DNA of 64,000 bases from Squalus acanthias (Eukaryota): assembly GCA_030390025.1 (NCBI GenBank), contig CM059452.1, forward strand, positions 6,448,001 through 6,512,000. The letters run 5' to 3'. Below are positions 12,430-24,679 of this stretch, piece by piece. How positions within the stretch are numbered: position 1 is the first letter of the stretch; every line of letters begins with the position of its first letter. Position numbers and translations under genes: made by a program. The notes under the pieces are model-generated. The model was not told the origin of the DNA. It saw nothing but the letters and a program-made list of their open reading frames with translations, and ran no database searches.

Positions 12430-12845
12430 TAAAATAAAAGAAAGAACTGCCTTTACATAGCGCCATTCCCGACCTCCGGACGCCCCAAAGCGCTTTACCG
12501 CCAAGGAAATACTTCCGGAAATGTGATCACTGTTGTAATGTAGAAATCGCGGCGGCCAATTTGCAGACAGTAAGGTCCCACAAACAGCAATGTAATAATG
12601 ATCAAATAATCTTATTATTTGGTGATGGATAGGTATTGACCAGGCCACCTGGGAGAACTGCCCCGCTCTTCCTCCAAATAGAGCCATGGGATCGTTTATG
12701 TCCAACTGAGAGAGCAGACGTCGGTTTAACGTCTGATCCAGAAGGCGACAATGCAGCGCTCCCTCAGTGCTGCACTGGGAGTGTCAGCTCACATTTTGTG
12801 TTTAAGTATCTGGAGTGCGACTTGAACCCACGATCTTCTGAATCA
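12430..12845 (-). mobile_element. tRNA-derived Deu-type SINE (SacSINE1-like), 5'-truncated
   Basis: Homologous to the fuller copy at 47760-48230 (CATTACAACAGTGA core, CTTT tail). Confidence 0.7.
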
Positions 12846-13029
12846 GGACTCCTCATGGCTCAGGATTCCATAACCTCGCCAAAGAAGGTTTCCCTCTGCT
12901 CTGATGTCAGAGAGTGCATGAGGTGTCCTTGGTCTCAGGTTTATCCTGAGTTGGCTGATCATATTCGGAGCGGCAGTAGGTGTCTGGAACCCTTTACTGG
13001 TAACTGTCTCGGGGCGCACTGCTAAAAAG

Positions 13030-13590
13030 GACATCTTCCCTATTTAGAGAACTGCGTTCAATTCTGGGCACCGCACATCAGGATGGATATACTGGCTTTA
13101 GAGGGATGCAACGCAAATTCACCCGAAACGTACCAGGGCTAAAATGGTTAAATGATGAGGGCAGGTTGCACAGAATTGGTTTATATTCCTTTGAGTATAG
13201 AAGATTAAGAGGTGATCTGACTGAGGTGTTTAAGTTGATAAATGGAATTGATAGGGGAGAGAGAGAGAAACTATTTCCTCTGGTGCGGGAGTCCAGAACA
13301 AGGGGCATAACCTTAAAATTAGAACCGAGCCGTTCAGGGGTGATGTCAGGAAGCACTTCTTCACACAAAGGACAGTGGAAATCTGGAACTCGCTCGCCGC
13401 AAAAGCTGTTGAGGCTGGGGGTCAACGGAAAATTTCAAAACTGATATTGATAGATTTTTGTAAGGCAAAGGTATCAAGGGTTACAGAAACAAGGCGGGTA
13501 GATGGTGTTGAGGTGTAGATCAGCCATGATCTCATTGAATGGCGGAACAGGCTGGATGGGCTGAATGGCCTACTCCTGTTCCTATGTTGC
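13030..13590 (+). mobile_element. CR1 LINE 3' fragment
   Basis: QRKFTRNVPGLK...YRRLRGDLTEVFKLING, followed by the CR1 3' UTR (GAATGGCCTACTCCTG). Confidence 0.85.
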
Positions 13591-14290
13591 TATTACTGCC
13601 CTGCGGTCATATTTCCTTCTGACTGTCTCTCACCAGACATGTTAAGTGCTCACTAATGACAGAGATGAAGAAACTACTTCACATCGGCATTACACATTAT
13701 TCTCCACCACAAAGACCCCTTGGAACTCCATTCTCCCGACCTTTCACTTCTCCTCTGACAGGGGCTGCAACTGGTTCCTGCACATTTTCATCGCCCCCAA
13801 AATCGCAACAAGACACCAGAAAATTAACGTTGTTTCCTGTTGCACCTAAAATCCTGGATTTCATTTGACACTCGTTTTGAACGAGTGTAATTTTCGTGTA
13901 GAGCTCTTGACCCTGGGGGCGGAGCCATTATAATGAGCGGGAATGCGTTCGGGCACAAGGATCTAGAGACGGGCGTAAAGGAGCAAGGGATTTCGGGAAG
14001 AGCGCTACTCAGTGCGTAACACAATTGCGCCCGAATTTATTCATTTTTTACGCCGGGTATTTGCTTCACAGCCCATTACAGGAGGCTCTGGGAGCAACTA
14101 CACCGGAAATGTTAAAGAGTCTCCCGGAATCGTTGTCAATTCGTTGTCTTTCCAATAACGATGGTGTTTAAGCAGCAACGAGAGGTTGATATCTCAAAGG
14201 TGATTTATTCTCACTGAGAGAGTGAAGGCTGAATACTGGTGTCCTGATTCTGAAGATGGAGCTTTGCTTGACTTTCATTTCTGTTCACAG

Positions 14291-14599
14291 ATGGTTCCTC
14301 ATGCAACGATCCAGAAATCACTCTTCCGCAACCGTCACTAGAACAGGTTTTACTGGAGGCGACGGTGACCTTAACCTGCGTCGTGTCTAATGCTCCTTAT
14401 GGAGTCAACGTGTCCTGGACCCGAGAAAAGGAGACTTTGAAATCAGAGATTGCCGTCCAACCCGGAGAGGCTCCCAACAGCGTGATCAGCAACTTAAACA
14501 TCTCGACACAAGCCTGGCTGAGTGGGGATGAGTTCTACTGCGTGGTGAGCCATCAGGATATGCCGACTCCTATAAGAGATTCCATCCACAAGGAAAAAG
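14291..14599 (+). CDS. IGHM: IgM Cmu3 exon
   Basis: TTCACAG|; [43 protein letters not shown]...[13 protein letters not shown]; 309 nt; G|GTGAG. Confidence 0.93.
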
Positions 14600-15114
14600 G
14601 TGAGCGGTGAGATTGTAGCAATAAGTGAGACTCTGTGACTATTTCCGGTGCTTGTGCACGGCCCAATTCGTTCTATTAAGTGTTTTAATGGACTGCTCTG
14701 ATAATTCAATGGGCAATTCCACTAACTAAACCCTCTGGGACCAGAGATGATGCATTTAAAGGGAAGCTGGATAAGTTAATGAGGGAAAAAGGAATAGAAG
14801 GATATGTTATTAGGGTTAGATGAAGTAAGGTGGGAGGAGTCTCGTGTGGAGCATAAACAGCGGCATTGACCAGTTGGGCCGAATGGTCTGTTTCTGTGAT
14901 GTGAATTCTATATAATTTTCCAGTCCAACTCTTCAAGCTCCCAGAGAGAAGGATTGTATCCTCCTCTGCTCCGGGCTGGAAAACCGGACAGGACACAGAG
15001 GGGAAAAGGGAATCCTTTAAATTCAGCGCAAAGCACATTTCTCACATCTAACCGCCGGTTTCATTGTCTCTGGAATTCTCCAGTTTATTGACCTTTATTG
15101 TAATTGTTCTGCAG

Positions 15115-15506
15115 CTAAAGATCCGCGGGAACCGTCCGTGTCTGTCCTCCTGCCCCCGGCAGAAGAAGTCTCCGCTCAGAGGTTCGTCAGCCTCACCTGC
15201 TTAGTGAGAGGTTTCTCCCCCCGAGAGATCTTCGTCAAGTGGACCGTCAATGACAAGCCGGTGAATTCCGGCAACTACAAGAACACCGAGGTGATGGCGG
15301 AGAACGGCAGCAGTTCCTTCTTCATGTACAGCCTGTTATCCATTGCAGCGGAGGAGTGGGCCAGCGGCGCTTCTTACTCCTGTGTGGTGGGACATGAAGC
15401 GATCCCCTTGAAGATCATCAACAGAACGGTTAATAAATCCAGCGGTAAACCCAGTTTTGTCAACATTTCCCTTGTTCTGATGGACACCGTTAATTCTTGT
15501 CAATGA
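15115..15506 (+). CDS. IGHM: IgM Cmu4 exon plus secretory tailpiece (internal donor for the membrane form after 15444)
   Basis: TTCTGCAG|; [15 protein letters not shown]...[17 protein letters not shown]...YSCVVGHE; tailpiece [20 protein letters not shown] with an NIS glycosylation site and penultimate Cys; G|GTAAAC donor. Confidence 0.95.
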
Positions 15507-15534
15507 GAATCACTCGATTGCATTTCAGTTCTTG

Positions 15535-15550
15535 AATAAAAACCAATAAA
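15535..15550 (+). terminator. Secretory-form polyadenylation signals (2x AATAAA)
   Basis: AATAAA at 15535-15540 and 15545-15550, just after the tailpiece stop codon. Confidence 0.75.
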
Positions 15551-15939
15551 GGCCTTTTCTTCCAATCGTCAGTTACACACACAGCCGCTCGATTAATTTT
15601 GTTTCCCATTTTTGCCAAGCGGAGGGCTGCTTATCTGAAGCAGGATATTTACCGGTCTCGGGCCCAAGGCTTGTACAGCCACCGCTCCCAGCTCAGATAC
15701 ACCACGGGTTAGAGACAGACTGAAGCTCTTTCATGGCAGGATTCCTCAAAGTAAATTCAGCAACTTTCCTCCCACTGGGGGGAATCAAAAAGTTCCCATT
15801 TCAGACAAACAAACGCAGCACATTTAGATCTCGGTGTCCCTGTTTCTCGTGTTGTCCAACCCTTCAGAATTGGGGCCAGTTTTATTTTGCAGCATCGCAC
15901 CCTCTGGGATCTGAAATAAGGCCACACACGAACACGAAC

Positions 15940-17255
15940 TGTACCCCCACTCCCCCACCAGAGAGAGGGGAAAGGGTAATTGTTAACCCACTGTACCCCC
16001 ACTCCCCCACCAGAGAGAGGGGAAAGAACATAAGAAATAGGAGCAGGAGTAGGCCAATCGGCCCCTCGAGCCTGCTCCGCCATTCAATAAGATCATGGCT
16101 GATCTGATCCTAACCGCCAATCTACTATCTACTATCACAGAACCATCTCCTGCATCTAACATAATTGCACACACGAAATAGGAGCAGAATCAGGCTACAC
16201 GGTCCCTGGGCCCGCTCCACTACCCACAGGGCCATGACCGATCCGAACCTAGACTCATGTCCAAATTCCTGCCCGCTCCCCGTAACCCTTAATGCCCTTT
16301 ACTTCTAGGAAACTGTCTATTTCTGTTTTAAATTTATTTAATGATGTAGCTTCTACAGCTTTTTGTGGCAGCATATTCCATGGACCTACCACCCTCTGAG
16401 TGAAGTAGTTCCTCCTCATCTCAGCAATTGTTAACCCACTGTACCCCCCTCTCCCCCACCAGAGAGAGGGGAGAGGGCAATTGTTAACCCACTGTACCCC
16501 CACTCCCCCACCAGCGAGAGGGGAAAGGGTAATTGTTAACCCACTGTACCCCCACTCCCCCACCAGAGAGAGGGGAAAGGGCAATTGTTAACCCACTGTA
16601 CCCCCACTCCACCACCAGAGAGAGGGGAAAGGGCAATTGTTAACCCACTGTACCCCCACTCCCCCACCAGAGAGAGGGGAGAGGGCAATTGTTAACCCAC
16701 TGTACCCCCACTCCCCCACCAGAGAGAGGGGAAAGGGCAATTGTTAACCCACTGTACCCCCCACTCCCCCACAAGAGAGAGGGGAAAGGGCAATTGTTAA
16801 CCCACTGTACCCCCACTCCCCCACCAGAGAGAGGGGAAAGGGCAATTGTTAACCCACTGTACCCCCACTCCCCCACCAGAGAGAGGGGAAAGGGCAATTG
16901 TTAACCCACTGTACCTCCCACTCCCCCACCAGAGAGAGGGGAAAGGGCAATTGTTAACCCACTGTACCCCCCACTCCCCCACCAGAGAGAGGGGAAAGGG
17001 CAATTGTTAACCCACTGTACCCCCCACTCCCCCACCAGAGAGAGGGGAAAGGGCAATTGTTAACCCACTGTACCCCCCACTCCCCCACCAGAGAGAGGGG
17101 AAAGGGCAACTGTTAACCCACTGTACCCCCACTCCCCCACCAGAGAGGGGAAAGGGTAATTGTTAACCCACTGTACCCCCACTCCCCCACCAGAGAGGGG
17201 AAAGGGTAATTGTGAAGCCACTGTACCCCCCACTCCCCCACCAGAGAGAGGGGAG
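15940..17255. repeat. 52-53-bp C-rich/G-rich minisatellite (~17 copies), interrupted by a CR1 3' fragment
   Basis: Unit AATTGTTAACCCACTGTACCCCCACTCCCCCACCAGAGAGAGGGGAAAGGGC. Confidence 0.92.
16026..16425 (-). mobile_element. CR1 LINE 3' end(s) inserted into the minisatellite
   Basis: EMRRNYFTQRVVGPWNMLPQKAVEA and a (TTCTTATG) tail. Confidence 0.8.
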
Positions 17256-17589
17256 GTGAACCAATCTCTATTATATGAACTCAGTTGCCATCAGTAAAAA
17301 GTCAGCTTTAACTCACAGTCTAAAAACGTTAAAGTTGCCGGATGAGAATCATATTGTAAAATAAATATTTATTCAACAACTTATCTTTAACTAGTGTTTG
17401 GGGTAAATCTGTCCCTGTTATTCATAAACTAACAGATTGAATTTTAATAGTCCAAATCTGAACTGGTGATTGAATCCTCTGCGGGTTTCTCACGGTTGTG
17501 TCCCTGAAGATTCTGAGGCCCATCGGCTGACGTCACATTGCGTCTCACACAGAACACATTTACACAGAGCGGGGAAGAATGCGTGTAAA

Positions 17590-18365
17590 GTGAGTGTGTG
17601 TGTTTATGTGTAAGTGCTTTTGCGATTTTGTGTGTGTGTGTGTTTTTTGTAAGTGCACACTTACACATAAACACACACAGACTTACACATAAACACACGC
17701 ATTAACACATTGACATAGAATATTACACATACCCAGAATATAATACACACCCTCATTGTCAGACCCAGTTATTGGTACTCGCTGAAACTTTGAACAGTAT
17801 CGGAAATACACACGCGCACACCCTTAAACAAAACACACACAAACACACGCATTAACACACACACACTTACACACCCATAAACTCACACATGAACACAAAC
17901 ACACACACACAAACACACACTTACAAACAAACACACAATTACACAGAAACACTCACACGCTTACACCTGAACATACACAAACACTTCCACATAACCATAA
18001 ACATAAACATAAACACACACATGGACGCACATACACAAAAAACAAACACACAATTAAACATAAACACATTTACAAATAAACTTACACACAAACACACACA
18101 CAATTACAAATAAACACACACACTTATACAAAGACTTACACATAAACATACACAAACTGACAAAAATACACGCACACTTACACATAATCACACACTTACA
18201 CATAAATACCCATATATAGAATTACACAAACACGCAAACTTACACATCAACACACACACACTTACACATCAACACACACACAATTACACATAAACACACA
18301 CATTAACACACAAACACAGACTAAAACAAAACAAGAGATTGTTATACACACATACGCAAATACGA
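17590..18365. repeat. Degenerate (CA)n/(TG)n low-complexity tract
   Basis: Seen directly in the sequence. Confidence 0.9.
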
Positions 18366-19007
18366 ATGCGCGAAAAAACCTCAGGTTATAGACGATTGTA
18401 GAATTAAAATGCACTTTTTGAACGAGCACAGTTTCCAACGATTGTTCTGAATGAATAATTCCTGATACCATAAAATCTCACATTTCTCTATTCTGGTCCT
18501 ACACATACACTGAATCAATGTTCTTGTTGGAAACTGATACAAGTTAATTATGTTCAGAGTATTGCAATAACAAATAAATAAACAAGATTATAAATCACAT
18601 CTGATCTCTTACCCAGCCCCCTTGGCAGTCTCCAAATAAGTAGCTATCTAAACCTATCGTTAAAATAATCGATATCAATCAGTAAACCTCCCTCGATATT
18701 TCATCATATTATTCCCGAATCATCGATTGTACGAAATTGATGCAAAATCAATTAGCGTGTGACATTGAAGAAAAAACTGTCGTTTTTTCCAACACGGACT
18801 ATAGGAGGATCATAAAGGAAGAGCGACTGTGGAGTTAGGAACAGAGATAGATTGCTGAGAGAGATTAACTTAACACAAGATATACATTGAAAATTCAATT
18901 AGAGAAAAAACTGATACCTTAAGGAAAAGAAGGGAATATATAATAATAATATGATATCTTGGATTAATAAACGATCTGAATATATTTCCGCCTCTACATC
19001 CCCGTAG

Positions 19008-19135
19008 ATTCCTCAGACCACATCTTGATTGAAGACTATGAGGAAGAGAGCGGCAACATCTGGACAACCGCTTCCACATTCATCATCCTGTTCTTCCTGA
19101 GCATGTCCTACAGCGCTGCCGTCACTCTAGTGAAG
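19008..19135 (+). CDS. IGHM: IgM transmembrane exon TM1
   Basis: CCCGTAG|; DSSDHILIEDYEEESGNIWTTASTFIILFFLSMSYSAAVTLVK with the antigen-receptor CART-type TM; |GTGAG. Not in the supplied ORF track. Confidence 0.93.
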
Positions 19136-19275
19136 GTGAGGAGATTTAATCCACTCACACTTCGATCTGACTGAAGCGGTTTGACAAATCTCTAAAAGTT
19201 TCATTGATAAAAACCCTGAGATAAATGCCCCAAAACTCTAAATCTCTGCTTCATTCTTTTATCCCTCTTTTACAG

Positions 19276-19284
19276 ATCAAGTGA
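19276..19284 (+). CDS. IGHM: IgM TM2 exon (IK*; cytoplasmic tail KIK)
   Basis: CTTTTACAG|ATC AAG TGA; AATAAA at 19348 and 19741. Confidence 0.85.
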   Translation: MK

Positions 19285-20187
19285 GCGGTTGAATTTCGGA
19301 CGCCGTGGATTTTCCTCATCTGTTTATTAACATCTCTGTGTCCTGAAAATAAAATATGTCCTCTTGGTGATTCTCAGAGTCAAATGTCTTCAGTTAATAG
19401 ATCCGAATCTGTAGCCGAGAAAATCAGAACCGGGATTTCCGTCTCTGTGTTTGAAATGTGTGAGATAATCGTAGCTATAATGTAAATGTATCTTAGATTT
19501 TCACGGTTGTTTGAATATTTCATGTGTAAATAAGTCACTTTTCTCATTCGTAATTGACAATTGTTCCCTTCCCTTTATGTAGAGCCCCTGTTTTCTCTCC
19601 CTGGTGTCTGTTACAGTTGTACAGATAACTGGCAGCTCAGACCGCCTGTGTTCAGGTCTCAATGTGACGCTCTGTTGTTATATTCACTTTGTGTTAACTT
19701 TTTAAAAACTTCTCTGTAAATTGTTCTCTGTGAAATTGTTAATAAATCTGGAAAGACAAATTGACTAATTTGGACTTTGCTGAATTCCTTACTCCAAGGC
19801 TGCTCCACACCGCTCCATTTTCCCTATCACACTTTGTTTTATTTCCCTGACAGGTATTTTTCACCCGTCCTGTCTGGGTTGTGTTTGAACACAAGTCCCT
19901 TCGGTTAAGGAGCCACTGCGCCACCTTGTGCTCTATCAGAGTAAAGACACCTTTACTCCTGACTTTTTATGTCAAGACCAATAGGCAGAATGACTGCATA
20001 GCGACCAACAGCGACCAGGCGCACCTCGCAGTCTCCTCTAATATTATGGTCTGTAACAGTCACATGCCAGGTTCTAATAAAGAGCAGGGCTCTGCTCCAT
20101 CACAGTTTGATACATTACAGTACATGGCAGAATAAATCTCCCTCGACACTGTTCCATCAAACACTCCCACGGCAGGTACACACTTAG

Positions 20188-21145
20188 CATAGAAGCATAG
20201 AAGATAGGAGCAGGAGTAGGGCATTCGGATCCTCGAGCCTGCTCCGACATTTAATGAGATCATGGCTGATCATCCAAATTCAGTACCCTGTCCCTGCTTT
20301 CTCCCCATATCCCTTGATCCCTTTAGCCTTAAGAAATATATCAATCTCCTTCTTGAATATATTTAATGAATTGGCCTCAACTGCCTTCTGTGGTGGATAA
20401 TTCCACAGGTTCACCACTCTCTGGTGAAGAAATTCCTCCTCATCTCAGTCCTAAATGGCTTACCCCTTATCGTTAGACTGTGACCTCTGGTTCTGGACTC
20501 CCCCGTCATCGGGAACATCCTTCCTGCATCTAGTCTGTCTAGTCCTGTTAGAATTTTATAAGTTTCAATGAGATCCCCTCTCATTCTTCGAAATTCTAGA
20601 GAATATAAGCCTAATCGACCCAATCTCTCTTCATACGTCATTCCTGCAATCCCAGGTATCAGTCTGGAAAATCTGCGCTGCACTCCCTCCATGGCAAGAA
20701 TATTCTTCCTCAGATAAGGCGACCAAAACTGCACACAATACTCAAGGTGTGATCTCACCAAGGCCTTGTACAACTGCAGCAAGACATCCTTGCTCCTGCA
20801 CGCGAATCCTCTCGCTATGAAGGCCAACATACCATTTGCCTTCTTAACCGACTGCTGCACCTAAATGCTTACCTTCAGCGACTGGTGCACAAGGACACCC
20901 AGATCTCGTTGCACTTCCCCTTTTCCCAATCTATTGCCGTTCAGATAATAATCTGTCTTCCTGTTTTTGCCACCAAAGTGGATAACCTCGCATTTATCCA
21001 CATTATACTGCATCTGCCATGCATCTGCCCAATCACCCAACCTGTCCAAATCATACTGGAGTTTCTCTGCATCCTCCTCACAGCACACACGCCCACCCAG
21101 CTTTGTGTCGTCTGCAAATTGGAGATATTACATCTAGTTCCCTCG
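20188..21145 (-). mobile_element. CR1 LINE 3' fragment
   Basis: WQMQYNVDKCEVIHFG, HLEYCVQFWSPYLRK and RRNFFT; very similar to the copy at 61465-62712. Confidence 0.9.
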
Positions 21146-22509
21146 GGGTCACAGCCCTGAGCCAGGGGTCACAGGCTGCACACACAGGGAATCTTTAGCG
21201 CTGAGCGGAGCCTGGAGTCTACCCGTGACCTCTGACCCTCAGTGAATGTGAAAAACAGCCAATTGCGGTGCTCTGACATGTGAAAAGCATTGTGGCGTCA
21301 TTCAGTGCAAGGCAAAGCGGTGACGGCCACGTTTGTGTGACGTACGGTGTGACGTGTGACTTCAATTCCCACAAAAGAAACGGTTTCCCTTTCTTAATAA
21401 AAGGGAGAAACTATGTGACAGAGATAAAGATACAGACAGCGATAATTGAAGCGGTTGGCGAGTTGCGCATGTGCGAAGAGTGCTCCCAGGGAGCAGCACG
21501 GCCCGTGGTCTACATTGGGCCTATTCTGGCCCGCTGTGCATTGTGGGAATCTCTGTCCTTCATGGCTGCTTAAATCACTGACAGGGTGTGAGCCAACTGA
21601 ACCACTAATGGCAATTTATTACAGCCACCCTCGGGGAAACTGCCACACAGTCAGAGTTCTCCTTACAGGACAATAACACTTGGTCAGATTTATTGCAGGT
21701 TAACTGACGCACTGAGGCAGCCAGTGAACGGAACAGCAAGAATAGCGAAAGAGTTCAGAAATCTCTCTATTTTCTCCACAGATCTCCCGCAACATTCAAC
21801 TAATTTTCTCTTTCATGTCCTCTCCCATTCGGTTGTGGGTTTCCAACACCTCTGTTTTCAAACTTGGAAAGTGGCATCTAAATATAGTGAAACTAAAGTA
21901 GAGTAATGGGTCGGAGGATTTCCCGAGCACCTCAATACATTAAGTACTTGGTTTTGAAGGAATACACGAGATGAAGTAACACACTCAGGCAGAATATGGG
22001 AACCAGATCCTGTCCCATTAACGGAGCGACCAGCAGGAGGTTCCTGGCGCTGTCAGCAACCTCTTTCTCGGAGCTGATCTTAACATTATTCACTGACCTG
22101 TCTGCAGTTCCTGTTTATGGGAAGCTGGGTTAGAGCGGTTCTGAATTAATATGCCATGCAGCAGTAAAGGTTTTATATCGTTAAACTAAAGACTGGAAGA
22201 AGAAAGTCGACACGATTAGTAAGAGTGGAGACAAGGGATGAAAAGAGACAGGCAGGCACGGAAATTGCATCAAAAGACAAAAGGTGAGTTGTGGAACCAC
22301 AGACATGATTGCTGAAGTTCATTTTTAGTATGGATGCGAGTTGAAATCACAAACTAATATAATTCGGCCAGGGGACCTCACCTGTTCTTGTTGAGTGCTG
22401 TGTTTTTTGTACTTTTAAGGAGGTCCGTGTGACTCTCACTGTGGAGGCTGAATTATTGCTTCTGGTTATCGGTGTGAGAGCGCCCTCTCAGTGTGCGTTT
22501 TGGTACACT

Positions 22510-24138
22510 AGGGACGTTGAATAGTTACAATTAATGCTCATTGAGGTTCCTTCCAGATATTGGGCTTCTGTTGGCCACTGCTTGAAAGAGTCTCCAGAAC
22601 TCAGTTCTGCAGAAAACATTCCTGGTTTCCCATGGAAACAGAATGAAAGTGAGAGTGAGTGCCCTTGATATCAAGGCAGCATTTGACCGAGTGTGGCCTC
22701 AAGGAGCCCTAGTAAAAGGGAAGTCAATGGGAATCAGGGGGAAAACTCTCCTCTGGCTGGAGTCATACCTAGCACAAAGGAAGATGGTTGTGGTGGTTGA
22801 AGGTCAATCATCACAGCCCCAGGACATCGCTGCAGGAGTTCCTCAGGGCAGTGTCCTAGGCCCAACCATCTTCAGCTGCTCCATCAATGACCTTCCCTCC
22901 AACATAAGGTCAGAAATGGGGATGGTCGCTGATGACTGCACAGTGCTCAGTGCCATTCGCAACTCTTCAGATAATGAAGGAGTCCATGCCCGCATGCAAC
23001 AAGACCAGGCAATGACTATCTCCAACAAGCGAGAGTCTAACCACCGCCCCTTGACATTCAACGGCAGTACCATCGCCGAATCCCCTACCATCCATATCCT
23101 GGGGTTGGGTGGTGGGGGGGGGGGGAGTTGTGGGGGGGGGGAGGGGGGTCACCATTGACCATATACTTAACTGGACCAGCCACATAAATACTGTGACAAC
23201 AAGAGCAGGTCAGAGGCTGGGTATTCTGCGGCGAGTGTCTCACCTCATGACTCCCCAAAGCCTTTCCTCCATCTACAAGGCACAAGTCAGGAGTGTAATG
23301 GAATACTCTCCACTTGCCTGGATGAGTGCAGCTCCAACAACACTCAAGAAGCTCGACACCATCCAAGACAAAGCAGCCCGCTTGATTGGCATCCTATCCA
23401 CCACCTTAGACATTCACTCCCTCCACCACCGGCGCACCGTGGCTGCAGTGTGTACCATTTACAAGATGCACTGCAGCAACTCGCCAAGGCTTCTTTGGCA
23501 GCACCTCCCAAACCTGCGACCTCTAACACCTAGAAGGACAAGGGCAGCAGGCGCATGGGAACACCAGCACCTCCAAGTTCCCCTCCAAGTCACACACCAT
23601 CCTGACTTAGAAGTATATCGCCGATCCTTCATCGTCGCTGTGTCAAAATCCTGGAACTTCATCCCAAGCAGCACTGTGGCAGTACCTTAACCACACGGAC
23701 TGCAGCGGTTCAAGGCGGCGGCTCACCATTACCTTCTCAAGGACAATTAGGGACGCCCACATCCCATGAACGAATAAAAAAATACGGATGACAGACAGAT
23801 AGACGGATGGACGGACAGAACGAAATGATAACACGTTTTTATTTTTTTACGATATTATTTTTCTATTCCTCGGTTTATACACAGGGAGACGAAGAGACAG
23901 GAAGAGAAAACAACAGATTAATGACTAGACATTAATATATAGACAGGTGGATATAGAGATACAGAAAGACAGATAGACAGACAGTCTGATAAATAATTGT
24001 GCAGGCAGAGACATCAATGAATGGAAGACAGTTGTGTAAATAGTGGAATGGACAGACAGACACAGATGTATAAATAAATAAACCAGCCAAATAACAACGT
24101 TGTTAGGCCCAAACAACTAAAAGCCCAAACTCCACCAT
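22510..24138 (-). pseudogene. TCR alpha/delta-type V pseudogene fragment (5' third of V exon 22510-22606; frameshifted leader ending at ATG 24138; LINE in intron)
   Basis: ELSSGDSFKQWPTEAQYLEGTSMSINCNYS, then truncated. Paralog of the 63-kb V, with flanks 24010-24310 matching 63700-63990. Confidence 0.75.
22645..23782 (+). mobile_element. Non-LTR retrotransposon (CR1/L2-clade) RT fragment with A-rich tail
   Basis: ALDIKAAFDRVW, GVPQGSVLGP, (F)ADD, YKAQVRSVMEYS; ends AATAAAAAAA. Confidence 0.85.
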
Positions 24139-24679
24139 GGCCGCAGTCTCCCCACACTGGGAGCCCGCACTTCACCCGGTGCCTCCTCTCAGTTGCAGCT
24201 TTCGGACTGAAGGGGAGAATTTGAAGTGTTTCTGTCAGCACACGGAGTCCCGTCATTTCCTGAATCAAACCAAGAGCCTGGTTTCAATGAGCTGCCAATG
24301 ATCATTGTCGCTGTCTGTGTTTATCATCACTGCCCGCGGCCCCGGCACACAGGCTCCCGGACATCTGATCATCCGATCCCGGGAATGGGTGCGGATTCTG
24401 TCTGACTGTTACCGGCCTCACCCACAATGTCATAGACAGATCCCGGAACAGAACCTAAGCAGAAATAAACCCTTCGATTGAAGGTTATTCTTCAAAAGGA
24501 TTCCCAGTTTAACTGTGTTTTGAAACCGATGCTCACGGTTAATGAGGAATCAATTTTAAGGTGTTCTTGCTGATAAAAAATAATCCATTTTATAGCAATG
24601 AAAATCTGACACGATATTGTCGCAATGTCACTACCTCAGAGTAATCCGTTAACGTCGGTTTACACTCGAACTATTTGCC

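Noticed and set aside
10678-15506. IgW or IgNAR identity for the constant region
   Set aside because: Four C domains, a mu-type tailpiece and a conventional VH with two Ds fit IgM.
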